DNA of 64,000 nucleotides from Podarcis gaigeae. Lineage: Eukaryota. The notes below the pieces were generated by a model. It was not told the origin of the DNA, did not search any database, and saw only the letters and a program-made list of their open reading frames with translations. Below are positions 10,988 through 21,890 of this stretch, one piece after another (positions within the stretch are counted from its first letter, which is position 1; each line of letters begins with the position of its first letter). The DNA lies in the NCBI GenBank assembly GCA_964106915.2, contig OZ066915.1; one strand, 5' to 3'. The position numbers and the translations under genes are program-made.

Positions 10988-13338
10988 TGACAGATGTCTG
11001 GATTTAGTCCTATCAAATGGATCCTGCACAGTTACATGCTGCTCCTGGTTCAGTTGTCAGCCCATCTAACAAATAAAAGAAAACGGAGGGAGGGGGAATA
11101 AGAAAATCCACAACTTTTTTCCCACGTGTCATTAAATATATTCATATATATAACCATAATATATTAGTATGCATTGTAAAGAAACATTGCCCCCAAACTA
11201 TATGTAATTGTCATAACTAAACAACATTTACAATTCATGATATTAACAGGAATAATCGAAACACAGCTGATTTTTTTTCCTGTGTAATAGGGAAAAGGTA
11301 AGATGATCAAGGGAATGAGCATACAATGAACCAGCTAAAACAAAACATAAAATGGGGAGGAAGCCATTGTTCAATGCTACTCATGAGTGGTGATTGTTTT
11401 GGCATTTCAGCTGCTTCTCAGAATGGTTTGTGTTGCCCTTTTACCCTGTCAGTGTAGAGCTTGGAATGTTTCTCAAGAAGAACTTGAATGTAGTCTTGAC
11501 AATCCGCTGCTGTGTGGCACTGCTAGAGCAGGTGCAAGGCATCAACTTCCTTTTTTTGAGATTCATTTAAATAATAAATTTGGTGGTAGTTTTACTTATT
11601 TTCTCAACTGCAAAAAAAAATTAGTTCTTTAGGAAACTATGGCTTGCCATTCTGCTTCCTAAACTACAATCTTTGCTGAGCTGTTCTTGTCGAGTTCTAG
11701 TCCCTTAAATTTTGGCTGTGAAACCAACAGGAAAGGATTATTGACCTTCTCTGTTATGAAAGGTTGCCTAACTGAGTGTTAGCCTCCAAATAAAAAGGAC
11801 AACCCTAAATGTAAGAGACAATCCTGACCATATACTACCTCCTAAGCACATTTGATGGTGTAGGAAGATTTGAAGCGCCACCAAATAAGTAGCCCCAAGT
11901 ATGCAGAGGCTGTGTTGCTGTATTTCTGTTTTAGAGAAAAAGAGAGAGGGGTTCTAGAATGTAAGCCAACCCCCCCCCCAATATAACTCCTTTTATTTCA
12001 TAGTTTACTGATGGAACCTGAAAGTCTCTCTGACTCTCCTATATGCCCATTGCAGTACACCTAGATAGGTATATTCTATAAATGTGGGATGTGCAAAACA
12101 AACCCTTAAGCCTGCCAATATAGATGACAAGAAAAAGGCTCTTCTTACTAATTTGGGATGAGGATAAAGTAATCTAAAATATTACATTTCTGGTTAATAT
12201 ACAGTTTCTGAGTTCTAGCCTATTTTACATTTTGTACTATACAGTCAGCATTCTTGGTTTTCTCTATAAGCGCCCCTCCCTTCATCTGCCTTTTGCTATC
12301 TTGGTGTCTCCATCCCCCTTTACAGCTTTCTAGGATATTGGTGTCCACTATGGAAGCGCAGGCCATTTTCCAGCTGTCCTATAGGGGATTGGGCACACGG
12401 TGAGGGTATCTGCTTGTAAACATTGTTTTGAGGAATCATTTAGTGGTTATCAGTACTAATTCCCAAAACCAAACATAGAACTGGCTCCTGAATGCTCACA
12501 GGAATATGTATGTGCTGCTGTGTAGTTAAGATGCAGAACAGAACTGTCAAGGGTAAACAACATCACACCAAGATCTGTATTGTAGCCAGAGAATTTCATA
12601 TAGAAAGTGAGTATGGAGAGGTTTGTGTCAAGGAAAAGGGTGCACTCGTCAGGCTGAGATGGATTTTTAGGAGCTTTGATTTTTGTTTCTGAATTTTCAG
12701 TCTAGGATAAATCTTTTGTCAGACTAGTAAGCACGTTATATGAAAATCAAATGGTTTTCTGTTCAATGCTGGAACACTAATGAGAACTCAGGCATAAGCC
12801 CCTCCCCTCCTCCATGTTACCTTTAGGACACAAAGAAAATATGCAGTCACTGAGCTACTTCAGAGGCCACAGCTCAGAGAAGAGTCTGAACCTGACTAAG
12901 TTACAGCTTAAGCAGAGTATCTTTACACCCTGTTTTACCCAGGCTGCGTGACTTGTAAAACCCCTGTGTTCCATTGATTTTAAAATAAAAGCCAGGCTTT
13001 TTGAAGGGCTCTCTGTTTTCTTTAGTGTCTAGGTTCTATATGAAAAATAGATGAAATTTTGAGAGGGGCATTTGAAAGCATGAATTAAAAAAAAAATTCA
13101 ACATTAGCAAAAGTGAAGCTAAACAACAGAGGGTTTCAGTTCAGCTTTAAACCCAATTACTACTTAAAAAATGAATGTTCCATACAGGAGTACCTACCTC
13201 ACCACTGATGTTTCTCACTGATGGGCCTGTATTCAGAGTCTATATCAGTGCTAAGATTTTACAGACTGCTCTTTCAATACAGTACACTTCAACATGTTGC
13301 TAACACAAGAAAGCTGATGGCATTTGAAGAGTTTTGAG

Positions 13339-13405
13339 CAGTGGTTTTCAAACTGTGGTCCTAGGAATCCTAGAGTTCCTTAGAAGGTTATTCAGGGTTT
13401 CTCCT
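13339..13405. mobile_element. hAT/Charlie-like terminal fragment within the probable NTN1 3'UTR
   Basis: CAGTGGTTTTCAAACTGTGGTCC...GGAATCCTAGAGTTCC resembles a Charlie-type TIR and subterminal sequence. Confidence 0.5.
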
Positions 13406-14907
13406 GTTGAGAAGCAGGTCCTCTTCGCTCGCATTGCACAGACTGAGTAGAATGCTGCGTGGGCTCTGGGGAGCGTCTCTCAGGTAGGCCCAGTGATCAT
13501 GGCAGTTATTGCACAACAACAGAGTGCACAGTTCCTCATTGGACAAATCAGTGTAGAACAGGTATCCTGAAGATAGGAAGTTCGAAAACCAATGACCTAA
13601 TAAGATGCAGCTTTTCCGGAGTTACTTACTTTGGTTCTGTCATGCAGCAGAATTAGGGGGTAGAATCTGGAGGTGATAAAATGGATTGTACTACTTGTGG
13701 GTGAGAAAATAACCATTTTGAATGCTGCCCGGCATGCAAAATTCCCTGCAAGTTAAAAAAAAAAAGGAAACTAGCATGTCAGGACGGTTCTAGCTCTTCC
13801 TGCTGTGCTACTTTTCTACGTTCAGGGAGTATTTTATGGAGGGCGTCACTCTAAAATATAGAACCCCACTATCTATATTATGCTACCTAATTTCACAGTA
13901 TGAGTAGATCAGGGCAGTGTGTGGCTGAAACAGGACATGGCAACAAGCACTTTTTGTTTCAGTTGTTGGCTTGGCTCTTTTTTGTCTTCTATTTTAGTAG
14001 GTAAACTAATTCCCTCTGAATCTAAAATGAGAGTCAGTATGAACAACACTGATAAATGTACCTCAGCTGTGAGAATGTTCTGCATATTTCTTTTTCAGCA
14101 ACTAGGTTCATATAAAGAAGTGGGAGCCCAGAAGCTCTCAACAGTGTGCCGAGCAGTTGAGTCAGAGCACTTCGTTCCCACCCCCTGCCTTCAGCCAGGG
14201 ATCCTAACTCCTGTCCCCCCTATTCTCGGCTTCCCCGGCATCTGGCCACTTTACACCTATTTGTGCTACAGTTTGTTTTATGGTAGTTTATGTCATTATA
14301 TAAATATTGTCAATTGCTATAAAACAAGGCAAAACCACTGGAAAATGTCATTAAAAGGATGTTTCCATATTTCCTAATAGGAAACATCTTGGGGAAGTTT
14401 GTATTTTGCAGAGCAGGCGTCCCTGAGCTCACGCGTGAACCGCCTGCCTAGACAGTCCTAGTTTGCAAGTTAGGGCTGATGGGAGATTTGCATGAGTGGA
14501 ACAAAAATCTCCTTCAGATGGAGGTTAGGGGAAGGAAAGCGTAGAGATCTGCTGTGGGAGTGTTTGAGAGGGCATTTCCTTTATTCTAGGTATGTTATTG
14601 GCTGCAAAACATACGTTAATCAAAGCTACATTTTGGGTTCTTACAAACATGAGTTTCCTTGTCCGAAGTGACACTCCTTGCTCCATGTAAGCATTAGTAA
14701 CACTTTTGTTCTTTTGTGTCTTTTCCCACTTGCTCTTCCCTGGAGCAGATATGGTACACATCTTTGTCAATTCATTCCTTGCAGACAAAGCCAGCACATA
14801 GGATTGTCTGCAGCTCAGCAACCCTCCTGGTAAAAGAGGAAGCACTGAATGGATCTTACACTGAGAGATTAATAACCATTGCTGTGGAGAGGCACAAAAG
14901 TGGTAGC

Positions 14908-14938
14908 TTTGTTTGTGTTTGTGTGTGTGTGTGTGTGT
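14908..14938. repeat. (GT)n microsatellite in the probable NTN1 3'UTR
   Basis: Direct reading of the sequence. Confidence 0.9.
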
Positions 14939-16065
14939 AAAGTCAGTTTGAATCTATCAGTGCTAACTTTTGCTTTTGAGATGAGTATTGATAGTCTAGT
15001 GGGTGTCTAAAGAAGTTATTACTACTTAAAATTATAGACAGAGTTTATTTCATTTCCTAGTGAATGCATTTAAAAATAATAATAATAATAATCCAGTGGT
15101 CTCAGGGTAGGGCTATATTCACAAAATTAGCAGTGCAAGGACAACTCCTAAAAAACCGAGTCATTTATATTTGACTAATTCTTTAGATTACCCATTAGAT
15201 CGGTGGTGGTCATGTTTACAGATATTGCTATTAAGTAATTATTATTTCAGTTGCTCCATCGATGCTTCATAGCTGTCAGCTTTCTTTCCTTAGCAGAGTG
15301 CCTTTTAAAGTCAGGCAATAAGACCTTAGTCTGGGGCTGCATTTTCAAGAAAGCATACCCCTCTACTGACGGCCTTGTATGCAGGGTAAGTAGCTTATAT
15401 CTCTGTGAACTTTCATTAGATTCTTATAAAAAGGTGACCCAGTCCATTAAATGCTGCATGACAGATAATGGATGAGCTACTCAGGCTGCTAGTTTGCTGT
15501 TCATTTGATTGTAGCCCCAGAAATTGGTTTCAAGCCATGATCCATATGCTCCATCTTTCCAACCAATAAGAACGTGATTTAATCTCCTTTGGAGGAGATG
15601 TATCCAAAGGGCAATTTCTGTGCAACTTCAACATCTCTCTTTATATTTGCTTCAGTGACAGGTTGAGTCCTTTCTGTGCCTAGACTTTAAGACTAGTTGA
15701 TGTTAGAGAACTTAAGGCAGTTGGTCATTCTTCTGATTAGACAGAAATAAAGAGAGAAGGAAAGTCAAAGGGGATGATGGGAACTAGTAACTGGCCTAAC
15801 ATTTGTTACTATGGTGAGTAGGGTCTCGCATGGCTGTCCTTCTCTAAACTTGTCACTTCTCACTACATTTTGTGGTTTTTCTGTATTGTGAGGTACATAA
15901 TTGGCATGTCTCACAGAAGTTATTAACCCCTCCTTTGCCCCCCACCCCGTCACACATAATGCAAAGTGAGCTTCTTGCCAGTGACCCTAATCCCATTCGC
16001 GTCTGCTTCAAGTCCTACGCAAAGCAGTATGTTCAGTCTCTCTTCCCATCTCCAGTTCTCTCCCC

Positions 16066-16394
16066 CTAGGCTTTCTTGCACTTCCCCTTCTTTTCCCGTT
16101 GCTGGAACTTCCTCAGTCGCCTAGCCCATGTGTCCCTCCACTGTATAACAAGGCTGCTTTTGTCTGCCACGATGCCGTTCTGGTCAGGGGAATCCTCGTC
16201 GTGGCCCAGCAACAAGTATTTCTTCATGGGTTTGATTTTCGGGCACTTGCAGGCAATGTCCTTGGAGCGTATCCAAAGGAACTGGTCACCGCGCCGTATC
16301 CGGTTTGTCCCTTGCTTGTACACAGAGATGATGTTGACTGTGAACTTCCACCATTCTCCAGCCTTATCTGCTTTCAGGATGTGGATCTGGACAG
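16066..16394 (-). CDS. NTN1: Netrin-1 last coding exon (human exon 7 equivalent), NTR/C345C domain and basic C-terminus
   Basis: 329 nt, ttcccag|CT GTC CAG... to TAG at 16068-16066. Encodes [18 protein letters not shown]...RRGDQ...[18 protein letters not shown]. Confidence 0.98.
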
Positions 16395-19300
16395 CTGGGA
16401 ACAGAAAGCCAAGAACAGGGACAATCAATTTAACACCCCAATTCTCCTCTCAAGGACAAAGCAAATGTTGCTTGAACAGCAGTGGTTAACCAAGAGCAGT
16501 CTAGAAATACGCATGAAGGACGTCACATTGCTGTAAATGACAGACTTGTAAGTTACATGATAGAAATGTTCTTAGTGTCCTTTATGGGGACTGATTTGAT
16601 AGAGGGATGTTGGGGATGTAACTGCCCAACTGCATTATGTTACCTAGAAAAAGTGTGATATGTCGTAGATTCCCTTACAATGCCTTCTCTTTGGAAAATG
16701 ACCCATTATATATATATTTTAAATGGGATTGAGTATTCATCCACGATTTTCAAATGGGTAGACTGTATGTATATAATTAGCACATGAGAGGAGTTGCCTG
16801 TACTTCAGAGTCTGTTCCCAAACTGGAAGGTCATTGGAGGGGCAGTGGGGGACTATCAGCATCTGTCTGTCATTTAAGTAACTGGTCTGTTTGTCCTCGA
16901 TAGGTGGTCATGGGTTTAGTTTTAAGAGAAGAGTTCCCCTTACTTGTATTGCATTCAGATTTCATTTGATCCTGCCTATTTTTTTCTGGAGTTGTGACCG
17001 AAATGTGCATTAGAGAGAAGCCATCCCATTTTTCCTGATTGTAATAAGTCACTTTCAGTTTGGTTAACTACTTTGTTCCAGTCTTTGCTTAACCCTTCAT
17101 CACTCTTTCCTGTGACTACATATGTGCCTGCCCTAAGCAAATTGGCATTTGGGAATAATGTATCCAGCTCTCTTCTGCCTGTGGAGACAAGTCTCTCCCT
17201 GTCCAACTCTCCCTTCTTTTCATGCTGGGCATCTTGACCTCTGTGGTCTGTGCTAGTGTCCCACATTCCAAGTCTAAGTATGATGGTAACCGTTTCCATG
17301 TTTCCCTTACCTAGGGATTTGAGGCTCAATGAGAACTTTAAAAAAATAAATAAAATGTGAAGGAAGTCAGGGTCTTGTTTGGCTGAAGTCATGAAAGGTG
17401 GCCATGGTAACAAAAGGCACCCCTTTCATTTTGAGCAAAAGGTTGGGGGGAAGGGAATTAAAACCCACCAAGAACTTTGCCACACTGTTTGGTTTTCTGG
17501 CATGTACTGGGGCTAGCCTGTGAAAAGAATCTCACTGCAATGCATCCCCACAGAGCAGAGTCCCTACCTTTTAACCCAATGCTTCTAGCTCATAAGCATG
17601 CAAGATTTGTCACACTGGGTAGGATGAATAGACTACCAGTCTACTGCCTTATCTCCAGTAGCAGCCAGTAAGGGTCTTTTAAAAAAATGCCCTGCCTTCC
17701 TAGAAGTACTTGTGATAGTTATACAGAAATGAAAAGGCAATCGGGTGACCCGGCGAAATGTTTACAGATGGGTGAATCAAATCACAAGCATAGACGCTGT
17801 TAGACTAACCAAATCATCTCAAACCCACAAGATTTTCATGGTGAGATAAACAGCCCCAACCTAAAATCTCAATGTTCGGTGTTAGTAATGCTGGGTAGAA
17901 ACCATTCACAGCTTTGCTTAAAATAAATACGATATATGCTGCGCGCCAATTACTTTTATTAAATTTCCTTATAGGCTATAGAACCTTTATCCTAAATGGA
18001 TACAAAGGTTGAGGAAACTCAGCTGAAACACCTGAGCAGCGCTCATGTAAGTCTCCAAAAGGACTCAGCTAGAGCTGGCTCCCCACAAACTAAGCAACTT
18101 CTTCTGGTGTGCCCCCTCCAAGTCTTGCTGTGGCATTGAACAGCTTCCCGCGATGGTCCGTTTTAAGACTCACTTTCAGCTGGGGTTGCATAGTTCCTCC
18201 AGGCTTATCCATGGGCTTCACCCCTCTTGGGCTGCAGAGCAACTCCCCTTGTTTTGAGAACAATTTTTCTTTCACACAGAAAAAGTGGGCAATCAATCTG
18301 TAAAGTTTCTATGCTGTCAAAAGCACAATTTTGATGCGAAAATTGAAGCTGGCGACTGTTCAGCTCCATCCTAAGTAGGCTAAGTACTGCTGAAAAGGGA
18401 AGTGGCTGTTTGAGAATTCTTCCTCTGCCAGATTAGACAACTGAGAAGAGTCACACCCACAGTAAATGATGTGACAAGGGAGAAGATCTTAAATCATTTT
18501 GGAAAGCAGAGCATTGCTTGATATGTGGGAGTAGGGTGATTGTTGGCTGGAGTGCTTCAAGTTGTTGAAAATAAAGAGAGCAAGGGGTATTTATAGGAGG
18601 TTCAATTTAAAATCCAGTGAAGCTAAACTGATTTGGATCTTTGGTGTTCTTTTTTTACAAGGTTGTGTTTCTTTATGTTATTTTATTTATTCCATAAAAT
18701 TCACACACCCTCAAGTGGTTTACAAAAAGCTAAAACAATAAAGATGTGAAAAAATCACGACCATACGTTAAATCATACAAAAGTTAAAATACTAAAAGTT
18801 CCAAACTCAAGCATATTTGATCTTCCAGGAGGAAAACAATTCCTGCAATCTAAAATCAAGTGATGTTTCTTAACTCCACAATTATACTCTTCCCCTAGGC
18901 TGACTCTCAAAATTAACATCCCCGTGTCTTAAATTGTCAGGATCAGAAGACAGCATCTACCAGGGCATTGTGTGAACGGGGCCATTAGGAATTCTTATGC
19001 CATACCAACAACCTCCACAGGCCTCACCATTAACAACATGGATAGCAGGTATAGGAAAATGAGATGCACCGGAGTCTACTTAGTGTGGGAGCTGGCAGTT
19101 TCCTAGTATTCAGTAGGGAGGGGCAGGTGGAGGAAATGATGGTTCTGGTCTGGAGGAAAAGGGATAATGGCTATTAATTAACTCTGGAGTGCCAAACTCA
19201 AATGGACTGGAATGGGGAAAATACTTTGATTGGATGGAAGGGTTGGGGGGAGGATGAGGGAGCCAAGGGTTAACTTCTGAAAAGCAAGGTGCTGGGGTTC

Positions 19301-19855
19301 AAGCCTTCCTGTAAGCTTGGAAGTCTTACTCCTTAATCCTAGATATGTTGGGGCTTGTTCAGGTTGCTCTGCAGTGAAGGAAATACACTGAGAAAGTTCA
19401 GAGGCAAACACTTTTTATTTCTTCCACATAATGATCTGGTATCAAATTCAGGTGGAACTGCATTTTTGGGTTTGTTTCTTTTTAAGTGAGTCTGGTATCT
19501 GTATGTGGTGGGTGGTGAAGTTGCCTTCTAATCCATTTGAGTTTGACATTCCTCTTTATTGTTTCCTTTGTGAGTGAAATTGCTTCATCGAGAAGCTGAG
19601 TATAATCCAATCAGTTTCATTTCCATCACTTCACTATTTAGCACCAAGAAGAGTCACTATAATTTTAAATGGCTTCTTCTTACATCTGGGACCCTACCTG
19701 CTCTAGCAAATATCAGCAAACCTTATATGAATCTGACCACTATAAATATTTCTCAAGAGTGATACAAATCCCCCCCCCCCCCAATTGGTTGACAGATCAA
19801 TTTATGAACATTTTGGCACTGACTTTTCTTTTGCTTGGAGATCACTTGTCTCAAA

Positions 19856-20067
19856 TAGGGCTGCCATATGTCCAGATTTTCCCAGGCATATTGGCAGAGT
19901 GTCCAGGTGGAAATCGGGAAGATCAGGACATATGGCATCCCACGTTGCTGCTTTTCCATTAAAATAGTGATTTTGCCCAAGAAGCTCAACAACTTTGGGC
20001 CAAAAAAACCCTGAAACTCAACAACTTTTCTGTCCGGATTTTCACTGTTTGAAATACGTCAACCCTA
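19856..20067. mobile_element. Non-autonomous hAT DNA transposon (MITE), 212 bp
   Basis: Ends TAGGGCTGCCATAT...ATACGTCAACCCTA (imperfect TIR). Perfect 8-bp TSD GTCTCAAA at 19848-19855 and 20068-20075. Confidence 0.9.
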
Positions 20068-20121
20068 GTCTCAAACTGTGATAATCTAAGGCACTGAATA
20101 TTTTTAATTATACTTGGATTA

Positions 20122-20356
20122 CAGTGGTACCTCGGGTTAAGTACTTAATTCGTTCCGGAGGTCCGTACTTAACCTGAAACTGTTCTTAACCTGAAGCACC
20201 ACTTTAGCTAATGGGACCTCCACCTGCTGCTGCTGCTGCTGCGCTGCCAGAGCCCGATTTCTGTTCTTATCCTGAAGCAAAGTTCTTAACCTGAAGCACT
20301 ATTTCTGGGTTAGCGGAGTCTGTAACCTAAAGCATATGTAACCCGAGGTACCACTG
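20122..20356. mobile_element. Tc1/mariner (pogo/Tigger-like) MITE, 235 bp
   Basis: Perfect 18-bp TIR CAGTGGTACCTCGGGTTA...TAACCCGAGGTACCACTG, TA on both sides, internal repeats of cttaacctgaa. Confidence 0.93.
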
Positions 20357-20439
20357 TATATCTCAAGATGCTGCCATCAACTAACTGCTCTTTAAAAAAG
20401 CATACGCTGCACTGTCATGCAACCTCCCTGCTTCACCTT

Positions 20440-20567
20440 GCAGTCCCAGTGCGGCACTGCTGATTGCAAACCCAAGGCACAAAGGTCCGATCCCTGGCAT
20501 CTCCAGGTGCAGAAGGAGAAGAAGTTTGCCTGAAACCCTGACTGTGTAAGGCAGCTTCCTATGTTCA
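20440..20567 (+). mobile_element. Degenerate, internally deleted SINE of the aggcagcttcctatgttcc family
   Basis: ggtccgatccctggcatctccaggt...tgcctgaaaccctg...tgtaaggcagcttcctatgttc. Confidence 0.7.
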
Positions 20568-21860
20568 TAGAGACCTGTCCGACTAGTCCACATAGAAAAA
20601 TTACAAGCAACATTCAGCAACAATGATATGCCTGCTTCTTAGCCCCACAACCACAGGCCCACTCCGATTCTCTACCAGAAAAGTTGTACTGCACAAAATG
20701 ATACAAGGCAGCCTGGCCATGCTTGGAAGCAGTAGTTTACTGTTAAACTTTAAAGTATGGTGGGAGGGGGGCTCTGGCTTCAGTTAAAATGAGGACAACC
20801 TATCCTGAATTATGCTGGATTTAGCCTTCTGCCCCCCTGCGATAGTAACACAGACAATCCTACAGCTGCTGGCACATCCTTCCACAGCCTGTCAGAGTAA
20901 GCATTCGGTTAAAGGAAAGAACTGACAAGCCAGCTGGTTAACAGGGTTGGTAACCTCTCTCAGCAGGGAAGGAGGGAAAATTCCACCAGGGGCAGCATCT
21001 CTGTTCCATTCATGGCTGAGCTTGTGCTGTGAGCTACAAAGCCCCCCTCCCAGTCAAATCAGCACAAGCAAAGTGGATTAGACTGAGCCCTGGCACCAGG
21101 AAAAATGCGATGGGCAAAAGGATTGGGATTGGTAACTGGGGGCAAGTGGATGAAGCAAGCAGCAGGTGCCCCGTAAGCAGCTCTGCAAGCCTGCTGTGCT
21201 CCAGCAATGTACCCCCTGAGGGGGAGAACAAAATAAAATGAGTCACAGCTTTCACATTGAGCTTGCTGCTGCCTGGGCCCCCGATGACACTAGTTTCCGA
21301 CGTGGTGTGGCGTGTGTCCAGCTCCTCGCTAAAAATATCTCAGGCATGCACCATTGGGAGTATATGAGCAGAAGAGGGCAGGGGTCCCCAGGCTGCCATC
21401 GGCTCACGGCCCTTACTGTGCAATTAAAATAAGCAGCAGACTTGGTATTTGTAAACTCTTCTTTTAAACTCTTGTTTAGAGAAGAGAAGGCCAAGTCAGC
21501 CAGGAGTCATCTTTCTTGGAAATTTAAAAACAACAACAGGGGGAAAAAACCCTTCATGCATGGCCAATTTACACAGCCCAAGCCTTCTGGGAAATAGCTG
21601 GACAATAAGCTGAGCAATGAGCAGAGCTAGGATACGGCCTATTTAAGCCAGGAACACCTGTGGTGCTGGAAAGACGTCTCCAGAGAAAGGACTGCATCAA
21701 TAAAGAATAGAAAACAGAATCCACCAAATCCTTACCTACTACCCTGTAGCAGTATGGTTGCCATTGCCTTCTCAACCTCCATTCTTACAAGGCTTTTAAA
21801 TGCTGTGTTGAGGATAGATGCATATCCTTTGAGTGCGGGGCCAAGGCTCTGTTCTTCACT

Positions 21861-21890
21861 GTGCTGTTAACCAGCCACTAGGTGGCATTG
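21861..21890 (+). promoter_or_regulatory. Candidate CTCF site in the last NTN1 intron
   Basis: cagCCACTAGGTGGCAtt (core 21875-21887) fits CCASYAGRKGGCR. Upstream TGCTGT resembles the accessory upstream motif. Confidence 0.55.

Larger units (their letters stand above)
10960..16065 (-). other. NTN1: Probable long 3'UTR of NTN1; distal boundary approximate
   Basis: Follows the stop codon, is relatively TE-poor, and has an AU-rich block at ~11100-11280 just upstream (on -) of an AATAAA at 10987-10982. Other minus-strand AATAAA hexamers occur near 11990, 14580 and 15045. Confidence 0.55.

Noticed and set aside
13919-14377. 152-aa plus-strand ORF
   Set aside because: GTG start, no homology I recognise, and antisense to the probable NTN1 3'UTR.
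16076-16536. Two plus-strand ORFs (137 and 145 aa) antisense to the NTN1 last exon
   Set aside because: They are shadows of GC-rich coding sequence, begin at non-ATG codons and contain no recognisable domain.
20160-20345. Repeated cttaacctgaa units, superficially CRISPR-like
   Set aside because: They are short, irregularly spaced subterminal repeats of a TA-flanked MITE in a vertebrate intron, with no cas genes.
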